Shown piece by piece: positions 10,915 to 21,579 of a stretch of 64,000 nucleotides of DNA. The stretch comes from Bigelowiella natans CCMP2755 (Eukaryota; Protista; Cercozoa), in contig ADNK01002498.1 in the NCBI GenBank assembly GCA_000320545.1, positions 1-64,000 on the forward strand, written 5' to 3'. How positions within the stretch are numbered: position 1 is the stretch's first letter; every line of letters begins with the position of its first letter. The notes under the pieces were generated by a model. The model was not told the DNA's origin, made no database searches, and saw only the letters and a list, made by a program, of their open reading frames with translations. The translations under genes and the position numbers were made by a program.

Positions 10915-13900
10915 TCATCGCTTTCGGAACTTCACCAACCACCAGGTAATAGATTCCTCTCTAACCTTATCTCCTTTGTCGCTTACCCAGAACTCACCTT
11001 CGTCCTTAGGTTCGTGTCCATACCAGCCCTCTGCATCAAGGTCCCCCAGGACCTTATACCAGTGCTCAAAGGGTAAGTCGGGAACAGCTAGGTAGAGTAG
11101 CTGATATTTTCCGTCCTTTATTTTCATAGCTACCCTCTCCATATTTCGTAATCCAGGGTAGCCTAGATAGACAATCTTCATGCGCCAATCGTCGTTCACC
11201 CTGACCTTATTGTTTCCATATTCCACATCGAACTTAGGTCGGGGTCCTAAACAAGGCATTGCTCGCTCCCACACAGTAGGGTTTACTTTAACATCCTCTA
11301 GGAGCTTCTCACCGATATCATAATTCTTTAGGTGACTGATGTGGCGCAAGGTGACCCTGTTCCCATCATAGATGTAGTACTGCTTCCTCCCCTTCCTCTC
11401 GGTAACCTTTGCAACGCCACCCCAGAAGGGGTCTTGTTTATTTCTCGATCTCAGATTTACCTTGGCCCTAACATACTGTCCTTCCTTTAGAACTCGGCCA
11501 TCGTACGGGACCTTCTCGTCTTCGCTCTCGGTATCGTCGTCGTTGTCGTCGCCTTCTTCCCTCTCCTTATCCTTGATACCTCCCCCAGACGTGAAGGTGT
11601 CGTTTACTAACCCTTGTATCTTGTCTGGTGTGGTGCTATTTATCCTGCTTAGGTTGGCCAAGGTGCGGTGGAGTCGCTCTACCTTGGAGTTGGACTGGGC
11701 ATAGTATACAGGTGAGGCATCAATATTAGGGTGTGGTAGCTGTAGAAGAGAGGTCTCATTATCCACATGTAACTTCTTTGGTATCTTGTTTATGCTAACT
11801 TCATCAGGGATAGCCTGGAGCTCAGACTCCCAGGTACGGTAGCAGTTAGTAAGCCTCTGCTTATATAAGCCTTTGTTCTTCTTAGCAACGTTGACCTTGA
11901 TAATCTTTTTAACCCAGCACTTTCCAGTGGCCACATCAACGAAGGTAAGGTAGTGATAGCCATCGTACTTATAAACATCAATTTGCACGATATCTAAGAA
12001 GTTCCTTGCTTTGATTTTCTTAGATGCACGGCTCTTGCTGGACTCCTTGGTGGCGACGCCTGCCGCCTTCAAGCTGGAGCACCTGCAGCCACGCAGGTAT
12101 GTCCTTATCTCTTTTAGCTTGTAGGGCCAGTAGTAATGGTAGAGTAGAGCAGTGATATGGTTTTCTCCTACGTGTGCAGGTCCATGGGCGGTAAAGAGAA
12201 GGGCTCCCCTGGTCCGCCGTGGCACGTAGGTACGCCTAACATTATTAGTGTATACATATATCCTATCACTAAGTACCTCATGCTTGTGTTTGTATTTATC
12301 CAGGTGTTCTTGAAGGTGCTGGAGCTCCTCTGGCTCAGGCAGGAAGTCGCCGTCCTCGAAGGTAATCGCGTTAACCATAGGGGTGACCTGGGTAGGGACT
12401 TTCTTTTCGAACAGCCTGCTGAAATAGTCAGCAAGCTGCTTGTCTCCTGGTGCGTAGACCACTGTCCTCTTGTCCCTAAACTCTTCCGTGTCCGCCCTCA
12501 TAGCTGCATACTCATCGTTAGGCGCTTCGAGCTTGCGGTCGATGCCTAGGAGGGGCTTGTGGTCAGTCATTAAGGTGAAGCTGGGCACCGACAGCAGGTA
12601 GTATCTTAGTTTCCTCTGCGCCTCAGTCATGGCTTTATACTCTCCTTTTGTAGGGCTGTACTTGGCCTCAGCTGCTGTGCAGGCCCTGCCCCACACCCGT
12701 ATGATCTGCTGGTCTTGGGTAAGTACAGCAGCCATACCTAGCTTAGACCAGTCTGTCCATAGGGTAGCTGGTCTAGTAGTGTCTAGCTTAGCATTCAATA
12801 GGGTGTTGCTGCATAACTTTATTAGGTTATCGAAGTGGGCATCAAGGCCAGCCTTGGCCCACACCTTAGCGAAGCTGAGGCCTACAGAGTTCTCCTTCCG
12901 GTAAGCAGTAGTAAAAGCAGCTGCAGTCCTAGCGTAGGTAGGGGAGAACCTACGTAGTATCCAAGCTGCAGTCTGCAAGAATGACTTTAACTCCTTTGCA
13001 TTCTTAGGTTTAGGGGCTTGCTGTAGTGCTGCTACTTTCTCGGGGTTTGGGGTGATGCGGCCTTGCTCCAGGTAATATCCACACCACTTGATTCTTGTAG
13101 CTAGGAATGTACACTTCTGCAGTCTAATAGTAAAACCGAAGTGTGCAAACCTAATAAATATATTTTCCAGGAGGAAGATCTGAGCGACGACTGTGTTGGT
13201 ACATATTATGTCATCATCCACATACACAAACACAAACACCCACAACACAGACGCCATCCCATCATGTGTGTATGCCCTGTAGTTCTGACTACTGAACGCA
13301 TCCCCTGATATGCTTAGGCCGTAAGGGAATACGACGAAGTGCCACTTCCTGTGCCTGCTGGAGAACGCGGTAATGGGGCGGGAGGTTTTGTGGATGGGTG
13401 TCTGCATGTATGATTCATTTTTATCTAGGGAAGAGTAGTATTTGTATCCTATGACGTGTTCAATAACGTCATCTATCCTTGGTGTAGGTGTCTGGATCCT
13501 CTTTATTACTCGGTTGTGGCGGATGAAGTTGTGCGCCAGGCGGAAGAAAGGGTAAGTAGGTTTCTTAGCTAGCACATGTCTCACGTTCCATGGTGAGTTG
13601 CTTGGCTCTATCTTCCCTTCCTTTGCCCATTCATTGATCTGCCACTCTATCTTTTCCCAGTCCGCTTCCGGTCGCCTATGTTCTGGGTCATTGATGATGC
13701 ACTCTTCGTATCCCTTCTTTAGCTCGATCTTTACTGGGGTAAGCTTGCTGGAGGGCTTCGTCGTCGGCTTGGTGATGTCAGAGTACTTCTCGTTTAATAT
13801 TTTATTAATGTACTTTTTGCCTTTGTCGATATCCCAATCATCAGCTGGGGGGGTCTTGTCCAGTAGCTCCGTTATCTGTCGGATGGTCTTGCCGGGGTTC

Positions 13901-15888
13901 TTCTTCCGTAGCTCGGTAGGTGTAGGTAGCTTGTTGTCCGCTAGGTCCATAAACTCTAACGCATTAACGCTTGACTCAGAGGTCCACTCGTCAAGCCGTA
14001 TCATGTTCTGGCTGATGGTCCTGCCTGACTTCTTTGGCAACTTAGCAAAGTATATCTTGTGATTGTAGAATGATATGATCCCCCCTAATTTTTCTAGGGC
14101 ATCCTGTCCGAGGAGTAGTTCCATGGATAAAGTCATGGCTACTCGGGTCTTGATTTGGGTCTCCGCGTCGCTGCCAGGTATCTGTAGCTTTAGCATTAGC
14201 TCACCGACGGTCTTCATGGAAGAGCTTCCGTCTGCTTGAGCATATTTACGTTCTTTCTTAGTCACTTGATCCAATAGTCCTAACCTTCTTACTGTGCTTA
14301 GGCTTATGAAGGACTTCGGCATGCTGCCACTATCCCAAAGGGCAGGTAGTTTCTTGTAGTCTCCGTAGCTGTCTTTAACTTTAACCTTGGTCATAGCAAC
14401 TTTGATAGTCCTGTTAGCGTCTTCGTCATTAATGTTGCATACTCCTAAGTTCTTTATGTCGTCTAGGGTCATGGGCTTGTCTTGGTCCTGCGTTGCTGGT
14501 ACTGCTGTCTTCGTCGGCGCCTGCTTAAGGTGATCTAATATTCCGTTTATCTGCTGCTGTATAGCATTGATACTGTTCTGCTTTTTGTTCTTATATTTAT
14601 TGTTCTTCCCGTTGTTGCTGCCTTGCCATTTGCTGTTGTTATATCCTTGTCCTCTGCCTTTCTTTCTCTTTAACTTCTCGTAGTGTTCGTTGAGCTGCCT
14701 GATCGTCATCCTGGGTCGTCCTTCTTTCCTGTCTCTGCAGTCTTTAGCGGTGTGTTTCCCTTTACGTGAGCAGTATCCGCAACGTCGGTTACCTTCCCTG
14801 TCCTTGTACCAGTCTCGCTGCGGCTTAATAGCGTTAATGTTTCCTATGCCAGGTACCTTAGGGCTGGTAAACTTGCGGTCCTGCTCCTGCTCGCGTAGGG
14901 ATATAGCCTGCACTGCTGCCTCCATCGTGGTGTAGCCTTTCTCCGTAACGTAAGTGGATTCCTTTATCTTTAACTTGAACTCTTCAAACCTTGCCTGATC
15001 ATCACCTGTGTTGTAATTAAAATCATGTAGTTCGTCGATCATATCCTGGAAGCGCGTGGCAAAGTCTCTAACAGGTTCTCTCTCATGCTGCATCATTGCT
15101 CTGTATTTTCTAATAGCCTGGGGTAGGGAGTTAGCATCCTGTTCATTTACAAAAGCCTTCATTATCGCCTCAACGTCTCGTAGCCCACTAACTGTAGTGT
15201 GTATTTTCTCTAGCTGCCTGATCCGGGTCCTGCCTGTCTCGTAAAGGTCCATGGCTTGCTTTATTATAGCTAGCCATTTGAGCTTGTCGTTTTCGGTGGG
15301 GTTAGGGGTAAAGTCGCAGAGTATACTCCTAGCGTTCTTCCACCACCTCCTTGCCTCACCTCTTTTCCCGTTGTATTTCGTTATCATAACCGGTGCTGTT
15401 TTAACAGACATGAACTGGGTGTTCCGCTGTACCGGCTGCTGCTGCTTGACGGTGCTCTGGGTCGTCCCCCGCGAGGCGCCCAGACCCCCGTCGTTCCTAA
15501 ACAAAGCTGCCCACTCTGGAGGTAAGTCTGCTTCGTAATCCATGATGTCCTGCATGATAGCTGCCCAAACATCATGTGTCTGATACTTGTATTCTATCGA
15601 TACTTTCAGTTTGGCGTAGTTGCTCGCCCTGGGTCGCAAGGCTCGTAATGCCATTACGACCTTCTTGCTTTCGGCGGCCACGTCCTCGTCGTCCGCCTCG
15701 TAGAAGTTCTCCAGTGCCTCTGCTGCTGCATCTGCTTTCTTAATCCCGGGTGCTGGTCCCGGCGGTGCCTGTGGAGGTGTTCCTCCTCCTTCCTTAGCGT
15801 CCGTATCGCCCTTCCTTTCCTGTTTCTGCTCGTGCCCTTGCACGGCCTGCGAGCCAAAGTCCTGCTGTTCTTCTAGCTGCTGTGACAT
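10915..15888 (-). CDS. Gypsy Gag-Pol polyprotein, 1657 aa (Gag knuckle, protease, RT, RNase H, integrase, C-terminal MTase-like extension)
   Basis: Knuckle CGYCSRKGKHTAKDC; protease LWDSGS; RT FPYGL and YVDD; RNase H TDWS..E..TDHKPL..ADYFSR; integrase HGPAH..CRC, VQID, HVDNE, KVER; GPF/Y-like DPFWGG..RHISHLK. Confidence 0.97.
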   Translation of the reverse strand: MSQQLEEQQDFGSQAVQGHEQKQERKGDTDAKEGGGTPPQAPPGPAPGIKKADAAAEALENFYEADDEDVAAESKKVVMALRALRPRASNYAKLKVSIEYKYQTHDVWAAIMQDIMDYEADLPPEWAALFRNDGGLGASRGTTQSTVKQQQPVQRNTQFMSVKTAPVMITKYNGKRGEARRWWKNARSILCDFTPNPTENDKLKWLAIIKQAMDLYETGRTRIRQLEKIHTTVSGLRDVEAIMKAFVNEQDANSLPQAIRKYRAMMQHEREPVRDFATRFQDMIDELHDFNYNTGDDQARFEEFKLKIKESTYVTEKGYTTMEAAVQAISLREQEQDRKFTSPKVPGIGNINAIKPQRDWYKDREGNRRCGYCSRKGKHTAKDCRDRKEGRPRMTIRQLNEHYEKLKRKKGRGQGYNNSKWQGSNNGKNNKYKNKKQNSINAIQQQINGILDHLKQAPTKTAVPATQDQDKPMTLDDIKNLGVCNINDEDANRTIKVAMTKVKVKDSYGDYKKLPALWDSGSMPKSFISLSTVRRLGLLDQVTKKERKYAQADGSSSMKTVGELMLKLQIPGSDAETQIKTRVAMTLSMELLLGQDALEKLGGIISFYNHKIYFAKLPKKSGRTISQNMIRLDEWTSESSVNALEFMDLADNKLPTPTELRKKNPGKTIRQITELLDKTPPADDWDIDKGKKYINKILNEKYSDITKPTTKPSSKLTPVKIELKKGYEECIINDPEHRRPEADWEKIEWQINEWAKEGKIEPSNSPWNVRHVLAKKPTYPFFRLAHNFIRHNRVIKRIQTPTPRIDDVIEHVIGYKYYSSLDKNESYMQTPIHKTSRPITAFSSRHRKWHFVVFPYGLSISGDAFSSQNYRAYTHDGMASVLWVFVFVYVDDDIICTNTVVAQIFLLENIFIRFAHFGFTIRLQKCTFLATRIKWCGYYLEQGRITPNPEKVAALQQAPKPKNAKELKSFLQTAAWILRRFSPTYARTAAAFTTAYRKENSVGLSFAKVWAKAGLDAHFDNLIKLCSNTLLNAKLDTTRPATLWTDWSKLGMAAVLTQDQQIIRVWGRACTAAEAKYSPTKGEYKAMTEAQRKLRYYLLSVPSFTLMTDHKPLLGIDRKLEAPNDEYAAMRADTEEFRDKRTVVYAPGDKQLADYFSRLFEKKVPTQVTPMVNAITFEDGDFLPEPEELQHLQEHLDKYKHKHEVLSDRIYVYTNNVRRTYVPRRTRGALLFTAHGPAHVGENHITALLYHYYWPYKLKEIRTYLRGCRCSSLKAAGVATKESSKSRASKKIKARNFLDIVQIDVYKYDGYHYLTFVDVATGKCWVKKIIKVNVAKKNKGLYKQRLTNCYRTWESELQAIPDEVSINKIPKKLHVDNETSLLQLPHPNIDASPVYYAQSNSKVERLHRTLANLSRINSTTPDKIQGLVNDTFTSGGGIKDKEREEGDDNDDDTESEDEKVPYDGRVLKEGQYVRAKVNLRSRNKQDPFWGGVAKVTERKGRKQYYIYDGNRVTLRHISHLKNYDIGEKLLEDVKVNPTVWERAMPCLGPRPKFDVEYGNNKVRVNDDWRMKIVYLGYPGLRNMERVAMKIKDGKYQLLYLAVPDLPFEHWYKVLGDLDAEGWYGHEPKDEGEFWVSDKGDKVREESITWWLVKFRKR

Positions 15889-15905
15889 TGTTAGTCAAAT
15901 CGTTT

Positions 15906-15922
15906 CCCGTGTGTGGAAGCCA
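15906..15922 (-). other. Putative primer-binding site of the Gypsy element
   Basis: Minus strand TGGCTTCCACACACGGG starts 5 nt after the 5' LTR end; TGG is complementary to a tRNA CCA end. Primer tRNA not identified. Confidence 0.55.
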
Positions 15923-15927
15923 AAGGT

Positions 15928-16253
15928 TGTTGCGCGTAAGGTGTTCACAGGCCGAGGCGCTACGTGCACAAGTAGGCAGGGGGGGGGAAAGGCACGTTTG
16001 CTTCCTTTTGAAGAGTTGTGTTTATTTTTATTAAAGATTATATTTTTATTAAATCGTGCACTGCGTAATCATTCGCGAAGCTTTCGCGAATGCCGCCGCA
16101 CGTGGGGCAGCACACTTCCGGTGTGCTGCCATGAGTCCCGCCGGAACCCACGTGCCTATGCTGTATTAATATCTACGTTATCTATATTCTATATCCGCGA
16201 CAACCCCTTTGTTGTCGCACGTGACTTGTGCCCGCGTAGTGGTACGCGCTACA
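15928..16253 (-). repeat. 5' LTR of the Gypsy element (326 bp)
   Basis: Direct repeat of 10538-10863, flanked by TCAA. Confidence 0.96.
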
Positions 16254-17067
16254 TCAACTAGCTGTGCAAAGTCAAAGCCAGCTGCCAATCGTTTGGGCTG
16301 TGCGCATCGCAGCACGGACGTTGCGTTGTGCGATGAGGTGCACAATGTGTCCGTGCAATTGGCCAAATGCATGCATGCATGCATGCTGGCAATGTGCGCA
16401 CACGCTCTTGTGCAATGCGTTCTTGTTCTCAAACCACACGTCCAAGTGAAAGTGAAGAACCTGCGTCGTTGCACATGACAACGTGCAGCATTTGTTGCAT
16501 CCAAATTCTCCACACATCGATCATCTCACAGCGCTTCCATTTCTAGATTTGCACATCATGCGCCAGCAAGAGCAACGTGTGCTGCGTGTCTGTGCAACGT
16601 TGTTTGCAACGCGTGCATGCGAACCGTGCCGTGTTCTTTTCAGCAATTCCAGGATTGTGCGAAGTCACACTGTGAGTCACTAGGTCATGTTGGCATGTTG
16701 AAGCACACTGGATGCATGACACATGGATTTCTTGAGAGGCTAAATTTGATTCGGAAAGGTCATCACATGATGACAATTTCTGACTTCACATCTAAATCAT
16801 GAGTGGAAGTGTGACTTGCACACACATGCACACAAATGTGAAGATGCACTTGCGTTTATTTGCATGAACTGCTCTTGGATTTTCTCATAGTTATCCTACT
16901 CTTCTAATTCAAGTCTTTAACACACTTTAACTTGTTCTTACAATGGACGGTTTTCTCTTAATAGTGAGATACAACATGCATACACGGAATGAAGCTGACG
17001 ACTAGGCTGATAAACTCAACCGTGCTATTCGAATATTTGACCTATGTCTCGCTCCTAGACAATCCAA

Positions 17068-17716
17068 TCAATACACGAATTCGCTCTTGATGTAAAGTAA
17101 AAGAGCATCGCCTGCGACGTGGATCGAGATGATAAACGTAATCACGACGTGTGCAGGGTGCAGGTACAGCAATCCATGCCACAGTTTGAAAGCCGATATG
17201 CCGTAACTAATATAATATAGAATTTGTTGGCGGATTTCTCAATACAAGGAGGCAAGGAAAGGAACAGAAAACCACAGAACAAACTCACGACAAACAACCA
17301 ATGTAAACACACACTAGATTCCAATTCCAAGGCAGGAGAACAAAGTAGTAGAAAATAGCATGATCAAATAGGAAAGTTTCGCGGAAAAAATAAGATGTAG
17401 CTGCCTCGATTGACGCGGGAAACAATATACTCTTTTCTCTCTTTCTTGATATGTGTTGATTTATTGCACCTCTAACGATTACTGCCATTTTATTGTTTAA
17501 GCTGCATTTTTTTAAATCGTTACGTATATAAAACTAGATGAGACAATAACACACGGACATTTTCGAGTGGCAAAGAGCGATCACAACGGCGGTGATGAGA
17601 TCTAAACAGACACTCAGCACCAGAATCGATACCGGCGTCTCGTTGTACCTTTCGATGATTAAGGGGATAAAAAGTTTTAATATCAGAAATGGACAAGGAG
17701 GGAGGGAGAGAGAGAG

Positions 17717-17789
<73 letters not shown>

Positions 17790-17897
17790 AGGGGGGGGAT
17801 GAGGGGGGAAGAGGAGGAGGAAATCATGGGTATAACCTAAAATTGCTAGATCACACACACACACACATACACGTGCACACGCACACGCACACATAAC

Positions 17898-17928
<31 letters not shown>

Positions 17929-18749
17929 CATTATTTTATCTGTTATATTTATTGAGATTCCAAAGGCAACAGCAATGCTCCAAATAACGATGGTGGCACA
18001 ATCGTCACGTCATAAGAGGTTGTTCTTGGTGTACTTACGTTGACAACGAATCACGGGCATAAACAGGTCCGTAATCGGCGATGAGACGAATGGAGAACGT
18101 GATGAGGATGGCTATACAGTCCCCGAGAGTGCGCAGTCCAAATCTTGCCACCTCCTCCGAATATCTGTATTGATATAGGCATCATCCCATCGTAACTTAA
18201 GAAAACCATCATCCACATTGGCTTCTTCGTCGTCATCATTCTCATCATCATTAACATGGTGGTCGTTGTCTCGTTTTCTTACTTTCTACGCCGCCCTTCC
18301 TCTTCGGTCTCCTTCTTCCTCCCCAGCACAAACGCCTTAACCTTGTACTCGATATGGTAAACCGAAGGGTAAAAGCGTACCAGACTCTGCAGAACCTCGA
18401 GGCTGATACGGATGAATGCCACAGAGAAGAGGGTGCTGTACTCGGAGATGTCTTGGATCACAACACGATAGAATACTAAATATATCAAGTCCACGAAGTA
18501 TCTGTAAATTGGAAGAGCAAATATCCAATATCATGTGCGGGTTGGAAAGACGATCTACTTGTAGCAGTAGTCGTCGTCGTGAGGGAGAGGGGGGGGGATG
18601 TAGGTGAAGCAAAACGGAAAACATGAAGTCGATAATAACGATATCGTCAATGATGGCACTGGCTCACACAACACACACGTGAAAGCTACTCTTTGAACAT
18701 AAGAGCTTCTCTCGATATAAATAAATAAATATATATATTTATATATATA

Positions 18750-18789
<40 letters not shown>

Positions 18790-19809
18790 GTATATATGTA
18801 TATGCTATGCAAGCAGACAGTCGATTATATGTTCAAATGTACATTAGCATGAAGTCCTGTCGAAACCCATTGGCGTGGTGATCAATCAACATCTGGCACA
18901 CCTCCATGATTACAAGGCTTGCGAAGATATTCACACAAAAGAGAAAGAACCCGACAAAAGAGGCATTGCTCCATAGGCCCCCGTTGTTGTCGGTACTATG
19001 CATGATGAATGCCGTCGAGCCAGTCAAGCACGTAGCGTACACGCCCAACACCAATATCGATAAAATCGCGTTCGCGCTGAGAAGCATGGTAGTGCACAAG
19101 GAAAATGGCAGAAGAAAGGGGGTGAATCGAAGAAGCATCTGCATGGTGAAACTTCAAACTGACACAGGAAAATAATCGTCGAATCAATATGCAACAATAT
19201 TATGACAACTGCAGCTCCCACCTCAATGGGGATGATAAAAGTAGCGCAACACAAACGATGCGAGCGAATGAAACTGCTGGCCATAACAACATATAATGGG
19301 TGGGGGGAAAGGTTACCCGATATGGTATGGATACGCTGCAGCCTTCGCATGAAAATTCCTATCAGATTTTCGACCAAAGGCGACCCAGGGCACATACAAG
19401 GAGGCGAGTACCCCCTTTGTTGTAAGAGGAGCCGTAGAGCTATTTGTTGTTGGTACTATTGTGTCATCGTCTCCACTGTTCGAGTCCTTTTTCATGAATG
19501 GCTGCCGGAATGGAGCTGACGAATGGCTATACCTTTCGTCTTCTTTCTCTTCTTGCCCTTTACTTATTGCAGCCTTTCCTCCCTTTTCTTCACTCGCGGC
19601 CCCCCCGTCTCCAATAACGCCTCCATTTGAAGACGGGAAGGCTGATAGTCGATTATTTAATCCATAATCAAACATACTGCTGGCTCGCAGTGCAACAAGA
19701 GAGGCAAATGCTAAGTTCTCGGTTAGTGAGAGTTAAAGAGTACATCTGCAGGACATAAATAAACACTACATATAGATATATACATACATATATTGATATT
19801 TTTATATAA

Positions 19810-19848
<39 letters not shown>

Positions 19849-20836
19849 ATTGCGGTGTATTTTAATTTGTATACATAAGTGTGAATCTCATGTCTATATT
19901 TCTGCTTACACTCTCTCCCTAGTTCGTGCTCTTTCTCCTCCTCTTTATTACAGTCATTCACTTGTCTCGCACTATTGTTCGAAGTACGCAACAACTTATG
20001 CATATGGATGAGGCTCACAAGTATAAATGTCAGCGTCATTGTGTAAGGTCCTATGCTGAGCAAGATCGGGTATTCGCTGCACATCTGTATCAATTAAGGT
20101 GAAACGTAATACAATATTAAAAATTTGAACAATGAAGATATCGCATAAATTGAGGTCCAAAAGAAAGAGCAGGCGTGAGTAAGAATATCGATGCCAATAT
20201 GACATAATAATTTCGGAGCTCTCTCTCCTCTGTCTGAGTGTAGAAACCTTTGGCCCTGCTCCCAAAGGAACCACGACTGCGACCTTTTTTGTTTGAACAG
20301 AATATATCAATTAGAGTTGGTGGCCTGGCTTGAATGCAGTGTCCTCTGCCCCCCCAACTTACCAGGAGCGTGAACGAAATGGCAGCATAAATCCAGTTGA
20401 GAGGGGGAAGGGGTATTGTCATTAGCGACTGCTGGACGCAGATCAGAACCGTTGTAACCATATAGAGGGGCTGGAAATAGAGCGCGTATGCGACCAGAGA
20501 TGTTCTCCCATCGCATGACCCTGAGAAAGGGATGCACTTCTCAACCACGATTCATAGCCGCTCTCTCTGGCAGACAATCAATAATGGACGGAAGTCCGAT
20601 CAAGCCGACTCACCTCCGCTCCGGTACGTCTTGCAGTTGAGAGGCACGATCATGGTTCCGAGCAGGAGGTACACTTCCGTTACTATCCCATTCAAAATCA
20701 GAAGTTTTGCAAAGCCAAGGATAGCTTCACTTATTGACTCAACATATCCGTGCTTTCTAACTCTTCGTGTCTCATTCTCTTCGGAATCATCACGTGAGAG
20801 ATGCAACGGCTCTTGCAGACTTGCTGACTGAATCAT
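17068..20836 (-). CDS. Multi-exon hypothetical multi-pass membrane protein
   Basis: Run of minus-strand hydrophobic exons (e.g. FAKLLILNGIVTEVYLLLG, LNWIYAAISFTLL, LLSIGPYTMTLTFILVSL, ILSILVLGVYATCL, FVGFFLFCVNIFASLVIM, ILVLSVCLDLITAVVIALC) separated by microsatellite-containing introns, with hydrophilic loops. No family recognised; ends approximate. Confidence 0.6.
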
Positions 20837-21175
20837 GCGAAGGGTACTTTGGTTTGGAACGTCTCACCAGAGACAAAGAGCGCAGCGATAAGGGAGGTAA
20901 ATCGGGAGAGAGCAGGACTAACCCGCTACCTTGACCGCATTCATGGAGGTTAGATCTAGAGAAGCTCGGATCTTCATCTACGTATTCCGTTGGCGACAAC
21001 GAAAAAATAATTTATCAAAAACATCGCAGCTCTTCACGTCGCTCACGAAAAACACCATCGTTTTCTTACCTATTACAAGATCTGACAAGTCGCTGCTCAT
21101 AAATTGTCTTCAACTTGTCGCAACGACGAAACGGCATGCATATGCCCTTCGTTGATCCAGATCTTTTAGTCGGCC

Positions 21176-21579
21176 ATGGGAGGCTCATCGTCGTCGACGG
21201 CGATCGACCACTCGTGCAAAGACTTGAAAGCACGGTGCTAAGCATGTGTAGTATCCTTGCGCGTGCAGCAGGAGATTCTTTCAATGGGGTTGAGAATGTT
21301 GTAGGAAAGCATGTCTGCTTTCCGATCGGAATATGCGCTCAATTGAAGGCAATCACCGTGTTTTGGGCATGCAGGTATGACCAGTGTCACAACAGCTGGT
21401 ACAAGGAAGAGTTTCTCACGGGGAAGTCGATGGCACCACCTCCAAAGTGCAGGTTTCCCTTCATTGATTATTGGACACTATCTTGTCGAATGTTCCATCT
21501 CATCCGTCCCATAAATTGTTCCAGGGCTCTTTGGGATACTTACACGAGCTGTGTGAAAAAGAATATTTCTGCGAAGTAA
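21176..21579 (+). CDS. MDM35: Mdm35/TRIAP1 family twin-CX9C mitochondrial intermembrane-space protein, 63 aa (exons 21176-21234, 21375-21452, 21525-21579)
   Basis: Splicing at GT..AG gives MGGSSSSTAIDHSCKDLKARYDQCHNSWYKEEFLTGKSMAPPPKCRALWDTYTSCVKKNISAK*, with two exact CX9C motifs and the family pattern C..LK..YDQC.N.W..E.FL.G..C..L...Y..CV.K. Confidence 0.9.

Larger units (their letters stand above)
10538..16253 (-). mobile_element. Full-length Ty3/Gypsy LTR retrotransposon
   Basis: Two 326-bp direct LTRs (TG...CA), 4-bp target-site duplication TCAA (10534-10537 and 16254-16257), single gag-pol ORF in PR-RT-RH-INT order, PBS-like TGG motif and polypurine tract at the expected positions. Confidence 0.97.

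Noticed and set aside
11462-15857. Antisense and alternate-frame ORFs inside the Gypsy polyprotein (likewise inside MRPL3, P450 and the Copia ORF)
   Set aside because: Shadow ORFs of long coding sequences with no independent motifs.
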